In this document: positions 34,842-44,728 of the stretch, piece by piece | How the letters are laid out: every line of letters begins with the position of its first letter | Numbering within the stretch: position 1 is the first letter of the stretch | Source of the DNA: Massalongia carnosa | Taxonomy: Eukaryota | Length of the DNA stretch: 64,000 bases | Direction: 5' to 3' | Assembly (NCBI GenBank): GCA_965645245.1 | Contig: OZ287069.1 | Coordinates: 1,612,001 to 1,676,000 of the forward strand | Position numbers and translations under genes: made by a program | The notes under the pieces: generated by a model | What the model saw: the letters and a program-made list of their open reading frames with translations, nothing else | Database searches by the model: none | Told to the model about the DNA's origin: nothing

Positions 34842-34935
34842 CCTCAGTACCTCAGACCTGCCTTGCCACAGCTAAGCCTTTTCAGATTAGTATATAATTA
34901 GTCAGAAGCTTAGTAACTGTTTAGAATAAGATTAT

Positions 34936-37100
34936 CCCTCTCGCTGTCATTCTAGCACCCCCCTCCCAAGCTAATCTATATTGGACTAGCTTCCGCACCG
35001 ATGAGTCATCAGAACATTAGTTTTCTCTAGAGTGTTTGCGCGTTTGTTTACTTTTCAAAGAATACTATTCGGTCATTCAATCAAAATAAATCACATAAAT
35101 TACTATTCTTCTAGCTTCGGAATTGATATTATAAGTATGACGCTCAATGAAGAAGAAATCCCGAGTGTATCAGACAAATCTCCCATTTCAGCGAAGCAAC
35201 ATAAAATAAATCGCAAAAGAAGTGTTCGGGATATTTTAATCGACCTTCCCCCTATTTCCTCAAAATATACCCCCATTCGGGTTGAAAACAGGCCTTTTGT
35301 TCCGCTCGTTGAAAACGATTCTCGAAATCCTTTGGGATTATTTCGGTTATTTATAACAAGGCAGCATTGTCGTATCATCGCAAATCATACCAATATCAAG
35401 GCAAATAACTACATGGAAAAGGAGAAGGAGAACAATCATCGGGTTTGGACTGACACTACTGACTCGGAAATTGAGGTTTTTTTGGGCATATTAATTCTTA
35501 TGGGACTCGATCATCTACCTGCTACAGAGGATTATTGGAATCAACGTCCTGACAAACCAGTTATCATGCCTATTCTGTCCGCGATGTCGCTTGGTCGATT
35601 TCAACAAATCAAACGATTTTTGAAAATCAATAATGGACAGACTGAGCCTATCGGACTTGGTCAAGGACCTGATTGGTGGAAGAAACTGGAACCGTTGGCT
35701 ACTGATTTCCGAAAGACTTCATTGAAACATTGCAGACCAGGAAGTATGATATCTATAGATGAACAGCTGGTGTTATTCAAGGGCCGTTCTCGACATACCT
35801 TGCAGATTACTACAAAAAGTGCCCATAAAGGATTTAAAATCTACAGTCTCTGTCAGGATAATTATCTGTTGTCATTTATGTTTGCCTCGAAGAGTAGCAG
35901 AATAAGTGAATTGAAAACAGTCAGACAATTGGGATTTTTGCCAAAAGATAAACTAACTCCTAGTGCTTTGCTAGTGATTCAGTTATGTAAAGAACTTCCA
36001 TCCTCACTGAATTATCATCTTTTCTGTGATAATTTCTTTACTAGTACGAAATTATTCAAGGCACTTCGATCAATCGGAATAGCTGCCAGTGGAACTGCTA
36101 AAAAGGGCTCGGGCTTTCCAGAAGAATTGTTGGCCATACGGGACGTCACTTCAAAAGGAAAAGACTGGGGTCTTCAGGCCCATATGGTGGTCGACGATAA
36201 GGTGCTTTGTATGGGCTGGGTGGATAATAATGGTGTGCAGTACATGACCACCGGTCATTCTCCTCAGGACTTGTACGAAATGCACTATATAAATCCGCAC
36301 AAGAGATATGGAATTCCCGAGACCTCTCTTCAACCTATTGTATCGTATTTCCCATCAACTCTGGCTCACTCCATTCCCTTGCTCAATCAAGAGGTTCAAC
36401 GGCCCTTAGGATTACCGATACCAGCCCCAATCAAAGAATATAATCTTCATATGGGGGGATCGGATGGAAACGCTCAGCAACGAGCGATTTACTCATACAA
36501 TCGTCGAACGGATCGTTACTGGTGGCCTTTGTTCATTTTTATTTTAGATGCAGCCGGATTGAATGCCTATAAACTTTACTCGCTGAACTCTTTCGATTCC
36601 GAGGAGATAAAATTTACTCGTTCTGAATTTCTTCGTCGGATTGCTCTTGAACTGATATCAAATCAAGCGGGCATCAGGCCCGGCTCATCAAAGATAAGCA
36701 TCAATACCACGATTGATGCTTTAGTACCATCTCCCATTCATCATTACGTTCGTCTTGAAGGCAGAAAAAGATGTGTGCAATGTAACGCCGAGAAAAAACG
36801 ACCTTCAAAGCGGAAGGGAGAGCCACTGGCTGAAATAAGTGTCGATGGGCGTAAAAGAAGGCGAAGGGGTGCTCAGACTATATGGGCTTGTGGAGGATGT
36901 AATCCAATCAGGCCCTGCTGTAAGAAAGCCAGCTGTTGGGAAGCTATTCATATGATAGGGGACGAGTAAATAGGTATCTGATACTCCGTACAACTTCTTG
37001 TGAATAGGAATAACATTGATTGGTCAAAAGTTTAAGGTTTAGCGCTTTCTAACCAACAATGGTTTAGCTTGGGGGGGGTGCTAGAATGACAGCGAGAGGG
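34936..37100 (+). mobile_element. piggyBac-like transposon, flanked by TTAT and ATAT
   Basis: About 38-bp TIR CCCTCTCGCTGTCATTCTAGCACCCCCC...AAGCTA with CCC...GGG ends. Confidence 0.9.
35137..36969 (+). CDS. piggyBac-type transposase, 610 aa, uninterrupted
   Basis: SIDEQLVLFKGR, CDNFFTS, YNLHMGGSD, WWPLF...NAY and a C-terminal Cys-rich finger (CVQC...CGGC...CC...CW). Confidence 0.9.
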   Translation: MTLNEEEIPSVSDKSPISAKQHKINRKRSVRDILIDLPPISSKYTPIRVENRPFVPLVENDSRNPLGLFRLFITRQHCRIIANHTNIKANNYMEKEKENNHRVWTDTTDSEIEVFLGILILMGLDHLPATEDYWNQRPDKPVIMPILSAMSLGRFQQIKRFLKINNGQTEPIGLGQGPDWWKKLEPLATDFRKTSLKHCRPGSMISIDEQLVLFKGRSRHTLQITTKSAHKGFKIYSLCQDNYLLSFMFASKSSRISELKTVRQLGFLPKDKLTPSALLVIQLCKELPSSLNYHLFCDNFFTSTKLFKALRSIGIAASGTAKKGSGFPEELLAIRDVTSKGKDWGLQAHMVVDDKVLCMGWVDNNGVQYMTTGHSPQDLYEMHYINPHKRYGIPETSLQPIVSYFPSTLAHSIPLLNQEVQRPLGLPIPAPIKEYNLHMGGSDGNAQQRAIYSYNRRTDRYWWPLFIFILDAAGLNAYKLYSLNSFDSEEIKFTRSEFLRRIALELISNQAGIRPGSSKISINTTIDALVPSPIHHYVRLEGRKRCVQCNAEKKRPSKRKGEPLAEISVDGRKRRRRGAQTIWACGGCNPIRPCCKKASCWEAIHMIGDE

Positions 37101-37120
37101 ATATTAGCTTACTACGCATG

Positions 37121-38387
37121 CACGCGGCTGACAAAATAACCGGGAATCGGCCAAAAATTTACCCCACCAAATTCTCCCCCCCTATTGCCCTACCACCCCT
37201 AACTTGGAGCTCCGGGCTGCTAAAGCTCATTATTCTACTCCTACCAAAGCTGCAGTTCGAAGTGCCGTTCATTTCGCTGAGCGAATGAATTTGTCCTACA
37301 GAAAACAGGACGTTTTCGAAACATTCAACGTTAGTACAACACGTGGCTATGAGATGCTTCGAAATAAATCTTATTCTTCTTCTTCTCGTCAATTTCATCA
37401 TAATCCTGATGACGAAGAAACTCGAGGAAGAAAACAGCTTATTTCTTCCGTCAAAATTCGGGAGATGGAACGTATTCTAGAAGAAGAAGGAATTGAAGCT
37501 CGCTCCCTGACTTGGCAACAATTGGGCTACGAAGTGGGATTGGATTGTAGTGGTCGTACGGTGCAAAGAGCTATGGAGACAATGGATTATCATAAATGCG
37601 TGTCTTGCAAGAAGGGCTGGGTCAACCTCAAAACTGCTGCTAAAAGAGTTGAATGGTCAGAATTCATGTTAACCAGATATCCTAATTCAGAGGATTGGAA
37701 TCGTGTACGATTTAGTGATGAGGTGCACTTTGGTTGGGGCCCACAAAGTAAACTTCGCATCATTCGAAAACCGGGTCAACGATACTGTCAAGATTGCATT
37801 CAAGAGCACGTGCCAAATGAGAAGGATAAAAAGCGTCGTCATTGCTGGGCAGCCGTCGGGAGTAGTTTCAAATCATTTCTACATTTCTACGATGTGGCTG
37901 GCAATATCAATGGAAAAATGAGTCAGAAGGCATACATTGATCAAATTTTTGAGCCCGTCGTCAAGCCATGGCTTGATAATGGTCAGAATTTCGTGTTGGA
38001 AGAACATGGAGACTCAGGTCATGGACCAGGCAAATCAAACGTCGTTCGTACGTGGAAGGAGAAGAATAGACTGGAGCATTATTTCAATCGTGCCTCATCT
38101 CCCGATTTATCCCCCATTGAAAATTGCTGGCAGCCCGTCAAACAGGAGCTCTACAAGTATCCTCATTGAGACGACGTGACCACCAAGAGCTTGATTTATG
38201 AGGGGTGGGAGCACGTGTCTCAGTCATTTATAGATGAAAAAGTAGCTAGCATGCCAGAAAGGCTAAAAGCGGTCATTGACGGTGAGGGTAAAATTACTGG
38301 TTATTGATTGTACGTAGCAATGCAGAAAGGGATGGTTTTGGTGGGGTAAATTTTTGGCCGATTCCCGGTTATTTTGTCAGCCGCGTG
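37121..38387 (+). mobile_element. Tc1-like element with CACGCGG TIRs and 5-bp TSD GCATG; transposase inactivated
   Basis: About 50-bp TIR CACGCGGCTGACAAAATAACCGGGAATCGGCCAAAAATTTACCCCACCAAA. GCATG at 37116-37120 and 38388-38392. ORF 37204..38169 has RFSDEVHFG, LEEHGDSGH (second D changed to H), SPDLSPIENCW and a premature TGA. Confidence 0.9.
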
Positions 38388-39296
38388 GCATGCTTCGGGC
38401 GGCACAGCGAACTTAGTAAGCAAAGCCTAACTCTAAAAGGTTAGACATATAGTGTAAATAAGTTAGCGCCGAGCTAACCGAAAGAGGTTAGTACAGGCGA
38501 AGGCTGTGCCACAACACGTCTGAGGTACTGAGGCAACAGAATTGGACCACACCAGAATTTGGTGCAGTAGCTAATGGCCCTCCTCCCCTTCACACCACCT
38601 TTTGCAGTCTGTAGGATAAATGATAAGTAGTATTTTCATGTAGATCTTTATTCTTGCTACCTCGTAGTTTCAAAAGCAAACATGAGACGATCATTCAGCA
38701 TCATCATACGCCAGGCTATAAAGTTCAGACTGGAATCGGGTGAAGATGATAACACGATCATAACTGCTACTGGTGTCAGCATCAGACAACTACGTAAGAT
38801 GAGACGTAATTGGGAACAGTTCAATGAGGTTGCAAAACCTCAGCTTGCTGCTGGCCGGCGCAAGAAACTGAATCAACAACAAATCGATCAACTACTTCGT
38901 GTATCTGGATCAGAGACTTACCTCTTATTTGGACGAGATGTGCTGGGTTTTGTATGATGAATTCGACGTCTTGATGAGCGAGTCTACGGTTTCTCGAACT
39001 CTAAAGCAGATGACCTAGAATCGAAAGATGGCCATTCGTATAGCATAACAACGCAACCAATCTTTGCGTGATGAGTGGATGATTAGACTGAGAGGATGAA
39101 GGGCTGATCAGTTGATTTTTCTGGACGAAAGCGCTGCATACGAGCGTACTGGTCAGTACTATTTGAAGAACTTCAGTTTCTTTGCTAATTGTTATTACTT
39201 TAGGTGATCGTCGATATGGATGGGCCGCACCAGGAATCAAACCGACCATGATTCAAGCGCTCAAACGTTCTAAGAGATGGAGTATATTATAAGAAC

Positions 39297-39479
39297 TGTT
39301 AGACTACCATCATGGGCATCCATCTAGTGCCTATCTCGGTGACCCTACCACGGGGTCAGTGGACATGACTCCCTATGAAAGGGGGTCGCCGGAAAGTCTT
39401 CAATGTGACTGCTATATAATGAGTAGATAGCTCACATATAATCCACACCTTCAATGACAATCATGCTATTATACCTACA
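39297..39479. mobile_element. Possible short solo LTR at the deletion point of the IS630-like transposase
   Basis: TGTTAG...CCTACA ends and internal CTATATAA; no TSD. Confidence 0.35.
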
Positions 39480-39596
39480 AAGTGAAGCTATATTTTCATA
39501 GCACTGCAGGCTATAAGTGAAGATATTTCACATGATGCAGGTGCATTGTTTCGACAGTCTAGTATTGAATATAATTCATAAAAATCAATTTCCTCA

Positions 39597-40390
39597 TCAG
39601 CTACTGTCTTCCGTATCATCCTCCTCGTCCTCCTGATTGTCCTCCTCCTCCTCCCCCTCCTCCTCCTCCTCCTCATCCTCGTCTAGGTCCTCCTCCTTCT
39701 CCTCTTCCTCCTCCTCGTCATTCAAAGCCTTTTGTGTAGTCCTAGTAGTTAGCGGACGAACATTGAAGCTTGGCCGGAAATTCTTTGACAAAGATTGACC
39801 GGAGGAACGTGATTCTGATGGAGGAGGAGGAACAGTTATAGGTTCAGAATCGTGCTCGGATGATTGCTGCTTCAATTGTCTAGCAAATTTGCTGACATCG
39901 CGAGCCAAACGTATGCCGATGCCAGGTTCGATTCCCATTTTCTCCCATTTTTCCTCATAAGTAGTCCACTGCTGAATGGTTTGTAAATCAGAGTAAACAA
40001 AACAGGCTCGGGCTCAGGCTCAGGCTCAGGTTCAGGAGCACTACATAGCTCAGAAAGACAAGGAGAAGGCGCACTATTGCGAGTCGGACAAACATTCCTT
40101 GGCTCGGGGAGGAGGAGACGAGGAGGAGGTAAAGGCGAAGCCGAAGGAGAAGCTGGAGGAGATGATGAAGGTGAACGTGATGGAAGATCAGGAATACAGG
40201 CAGGAGAGGAAGGTTCTATAGTCGGGTTCAAAGTGTTTAAAACTGGTGATAATGATTTAGGAGGATTGATTCTAAGCCTTTGTTTGGATAGAGGTGCTGA
40301 GTTCCTAGGCAATTCAGTAGTAGATGCCCGTTTTCTGGGTTGTTTGGAGGACTGTTTTGGAGGCTGTCTAGGAGGCTGTTTTCGAGGCAT
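39597..40390 (-). pseudogene. Accessory ORF of the IS630-like element (Pro-rich N-terminus, acidic C-terminus), split across two frames
   Basis: Overlapping ORFs 39872..40390 and 39597..39938, convergent with the transposase 3' end. No family recognised. Confidence 0.4.
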
Positions 40391-40610
40391 GATGACTGGA
40401 ATAACTACGTTGAAAGTTCATACAAACGACAATCAAAAGGATATCAGCATGCAAATTAGGTGGCTGATCAGCTGCTGACAGGTGGGGGTGCTGTCAACCG
40501 TGCGGAAATCAATACCACCAATCGAAGCGTGGCCCCACCCAAATTAGTATGGGGCGGTGGCTCAAGTAGAGTTTTTCCGTCCTCGAACTTTGTCGATTTC
40601 ACGTTCGAAA

Positions 40611-40697
40611 CCCACCACCTCCACCACCTCCAACCACCTCCAACCACCTCCAACCAAACCTCCAACCACCTCCAACCACCTCCTCCAACCACCTCCA
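40611..40697. repeat. Imperfect tandem repeat, ~10-bp unit CCAACCACCT
   Basis: Read directly; about 8 degenerate units. Confidence 0.85.
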
Positions 40698-41196
40698 TAC
40701 CCGAGAAAGCGGTTGGGACAAGCACGAAAAACACGACAATGAAGGCCTAGAATCAGGCTATTTACGCATGTGCCTCTCAACTGCTCTCGATGCGAATCGT
40801 CATCGCTTCGAGGTTGAAAAAGGTCGACGTGACTGCTTTTGCGACAAATCATTTACACTGAACTCGGTAAATTAATTACATGAAAGAATTGAAGATTATT
40901 TATCATGATGATAGCACGTAAATGACTGCACTGTCTTTAGAATACAGTATGAATGTGGAATAAATAAATTAACCTAACAAATCAACTCCAAATCATGTCC
41001 AAAATTCAATCTTCGTACTCCATTTCCTATCGAAAAAGACGGTGCAAACACTGCAAAAACTGCTGCAAAAACACCCATCACCTCCAAAAAATGCGGGAAA
41101 ATAGGGAAAGCAAATGGTTCAAAGAAAATCTCAAACAAACTCCAAAAATGCATAAAAATCATTCATCCACCCTTTCCTTCATCATTCCGATTCTCG

Positions 41197-43385
41197 TCAC
41201 CCTCGCTTGCCCTTCTTGATCTCGTTGGCCAGCCCATTCAACTGTAGTACTCCTCGCTCGCTATCCAGCTGCTTTGCCATCTCTTCACGTGAACCTGCCC
41301 CAGCCCGGCGAGCGAGATACTCGATGATGGTAAGTCTTTGGGAGTAATACTGTCGCTCTTTAGCAGGCCATCCTCGTCTCCAGCCGGAACCATATCTGGA
41401 TTTTAACTTTCCCACAGCTGGCCCGGTGCCCAAACCAACAGTCCACTCCCTCCACAAACCCACCACAGAACAGACCTGTCAATTCAAAAAAATAAGAAGA
41501 CGAGGCCGGAGGTTCGACAGAGATGTCAGCGTCGAAGGAAGTAAGCGCACGCTCGGATGGCGAGGGAGAGCGGGTGAGACTATGAGGCCGAGAGCGACCA
41601 GAGCGGGGGCGATGAGAGCGAGGAGTAGGAGGATCGTGAGCGGAGGGGCTCGAGGAGAATAAGGTGGTGACCGCAGGGGGGTGAAGCAATGGATCGAGCA
41701 TATTTAGTGGAATCGGTGACGTAGCTCGAGGCAATTGTCGAATCTTGGAGGGGTTCAAGGTGAATGTGACCTTGCCTGTTAGAAAATCATCCAATTTGCC
41801 CTCCATCAGACTGAACAGCTCCCTTTGTTTCAAGAATCCAGCGTTCATCAAACTGGTGAGGCCCACATGCAAATCAACCACCTGCTGACCCAAGTGAGGC
41901 AAGGCAGTACGAATCAAACTGTTTTGATCCATCTCCTTCTCGTCCAGATGAGCCAAAACATCCGCAGCAAAAACATCATACTCCGCAAGAGAAAACAAGC
42001 GATGATTCCACAAAGGATGCTGAGGATATTTCTGTCGAAGAAGCACGGAGTCCTGCAGAAAAACCACACGAAGAAAGTCTAACAGCCTTACGAACTGAAC
42101 AGTGGCTATATCATCGAAAGAATGCTTCAACCACTTGTCTAGAGAAGGCCAGAAAGAAGACAAAAGCTCTAAAGATGGCGTGACTGCTGCTCGAGCGATA
42201 TGATTGGTTCCAGGATGCTTTGGATCAAATTCAGCCATGCCTCGCATGAATTCTCTAGGCAGGGATGTAAGATAGCCCTTGTGCATGGAGTCGGTAGTCC
42301 AATGAGCTGCACGACGTATCTGATCCTCCTGAATGCCTTTCAGCTCGTCATACTTTGTTCCAGAACTTCGCCCAGCATGAGTGACCTTGCTATAGGTGAG
42401 GCCGAGGGGACTGTACACGCTGTGAATCCATTTGCGCTGAGCGGAATCAGAGATTTCTTTGCAGACGTCTTTAGGAGAGGCTAATAAACAAGAATCGTCA
42501 GTCGCATCATATCACTGAATTATTTCGCCGAACTGATAAAAACAATACAATAAAATGAAGGCAGTTTCGAGAAAAAACGATAATTCATTCAAAAAAGTGG
42601 GTCAAAAGCGGAAAACTTCGAAAGCAGATGGACGAATTGAGAGCAATTTAGTGAAATGGATTAAACTGAAAGAAAAACTGTGAGAAACGTCGACAAAACA
42701 GTGATAAAATGAAAGAAAATCTCCAAAACTCACCGATCAGGACTCGTGTATTATACCAGTCCTTATTGCTTCCCAAATTCGGAAAAGATTCACCCGATTG
42801 CTCCCAACGCCAGAAAAAATACACCGATAACGCACTCAAACCACAAAGCGAAAGGTCCTTGTGCCTCAGCATCCCATTGTACTCGATGCGCCCATTCTGA
42901 TTGGTTTTACCATTGCCCATGAGGTAAAGCAATGCCGGGCAGGGCGAGGGACCCTCGTTGTCAAACATAAGTAGCTGTAAATCAGGAAGCTCAGCAAAGC
43001 GACGAGACTCACCCCGAGCAAGAAGAAGGTGTCTCATAAGATAATCTAGACGTCCTCGTAGGTTACCTCCGAGAATGGAGGCCTTGAAGGAGTGAGACTG
43101 CTTCCAAAACTCCTCCAATATTTCCCGAAGGGTCTTTTCATCATAGCCATCTGCTACCGTTCCTCGACCTCGATCCTCGAAGGCCAGCTTCTTCTTGATA
43201 TGCTGTTTTCGCGAAGAATCCTTCATAAGGGACTTCAGCGCATTGCCATTGGGATGAGAACGATTGTGCTGGCCTCGGGAAACTTGATAGGACCACATAT
43301 CTATCAGCGCAGTCTTGTATCCCCTTATTGAATTGTATTTGAGAGTTTGAGAGTCCTGATCCTCGTCCGAGTCCGAGTCGAGGGC
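41197..43385 (-). pseudogene. CryptonF-type tyrosine recombinase (Ndc10-like domain + GCR1_C), 5'-truncated, frameshift near 41470
   Basis: EDRGRGTVADGY, LARGESRR, GNGKTNQNGRIEY, RHKD...C, SKVTHAGR, IRRAAHW, GYLTSLP; C-terminal LWREWTVG...YGSGWR...YYSQRLTII. In-frame 253-nt intron 42733-42481 (GTGAG...TAG). Confidence 0.85.
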
Positions 43386-43574
43386 TTGAGCCAGGTGAAA
43401 TTTTGATGCTTAGTAAGCAAATGGCTATTTTTTAACCAGTATTTAGATGGCAGCAGGTGATTTATTTATATGGTAGCAGGCTATAAGTTCACCGTGAGAT
43501 ATCACTGGAGATTTTGGTGGGGCTGGGTGCGGATATCCCTGATTTCCCCAGCTGATTTTTTGTCAGCCGTGTCA

Positions 43575-43637
43575 GTTTACGTTCTGACACCGAGAGTTTA
43601 TGTTCTGACACGAGAGTTTACGTTCTGACACCGAGAG
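43575..43637. repeat. 3 x ~21-bp tandem repeat GTTTACGTTCTGACACCGAGA
   Basis: Read directly; lies just inside the right TIR of the 38537-43717 element. Confidence 0.85.
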
Positions 43638-44728
43638 GGATAGCCTGCAATAGGCGATGTGAAGGGGAGGAGGACCATCAGCTACTGCACCAAATTCTGG
43701 TGTGTGGTCCAATTCTGTCGTTTAATTTTTTTTTTTTACCGCGCAGTTTCGGGGTTCAAAGTTCGGCACACCATTTTGCAAACGGTGTGAACGGCCCCCA
43801 CGTTGTCGTTTTTCGTGACTGGGTACTCTGAATTTTGGGAAAAAGGGGGGAAGACAGATAGTTACTCCATACAGAGTTGGATGTAACCCTTTTTGACTCT
43901 CGCCCCCAATGTCCTATGATATATCTTCTGACAGGAGGCGTCCAACATCTACGTGTCGGATGTGTGAAGAAAATATGGTATTGGTTGAAGGGGTATTGTC
44001 GTAATTACATGGAAACGTGGAATGAACGTGGTGGTACCTATATGAATACCTAAGTTGGGTGAAAGATGAGACCATTTCTCCGGGAGCGTAGAGTCTATCT
44101 GAACCAACATTTTTGATCAAGAAGTCAAACGTCTCAAAAAGACGGGTTGAATTCGCCAGGTACGTGATTATGGACCTCTTTCAAGATGATGAATGATCTT
44201 ACAAACATGCGAAACATATTCATCACTAGCAGCCAATCATATTAATCCATCGTGACCATTTTCCTTCTCTTCGTCATCGCAATGGCCAATAGTCATCTCT
44301 GCTAAGCCTCTTCATCTTGAATATTTGATAATATTGATATTCGCTTTCCCTTCGGTCTTATGTTTCATGTTTCGCATTTATCATTACATCAGGGCTTGTT
44401 GCGATGATTCATATATAACGTGAGTTTCCTGCGAAAAACACCGTTTCGGAATTCTCCAGGTTAATTTGCCGTCATGGGGTAGAGTGACGATGATGGTCTG
44501 GTAACCACAGAGAGAGAACCCTAATCTAGCTTTGCTGTGCCGGGCGGAATTTATCGATATAATCATCGAGAAGCCCTTGGTCGGGTGACTCTTGTTTTTC
44601 TAACTTTTTTTTCAACGAAAAATTCATGAGAAATCGGTGATATATTCCTTTATTAGATCTTTCATCGGATTGAAGTCTTGATATTTAGTCTTCGTATAAG
44701 ACTCAAAGCTGACCGATCAAATCCAGCC

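Larger units (their letters stand above)
38537..43717 (+). mobile_element. IS630/Tc1-like element with about 70-bp TIRs, decayed transposase, convergent second ORF and nested cargo
   Basis: TIR CAGAATTGGACCACAC...GGTGCAGTAGCTRATGG at both ends. 38682-39290 reads, with frameshifts, YLDEMCWVLYDEF...SESTVSRTL...IFLDESAAYER...GDRRYGWA...KRWSIL. No convincing TSD. Confidence 0.75.
33408..43780. repeat. Inverted arms of about 100 bp bounding a 10.4-kb transposon nest
   Basis: 33408-33466 matches the reverse complement of 43718-43780; 33475-33482 plus 34847-34872 match the reverse complement of 38502-38536. Confidence 0.7.

Noticed and set aside
41197..43385. Starship captain (DUF3435 tyrosine recombinase) or a host NDC10/GCR1 gene
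   Set aside because: Motifs and the GCR1_C tail fit CryptonF; the gene is truncated, frameshifted and embedded in TE sequence.
43795..44180. Degenerate TIR-like stretch and a short KRRVEFAR peptide resembling the Tc1-like family
   Set aside because: Matches are too short to delimit an element.
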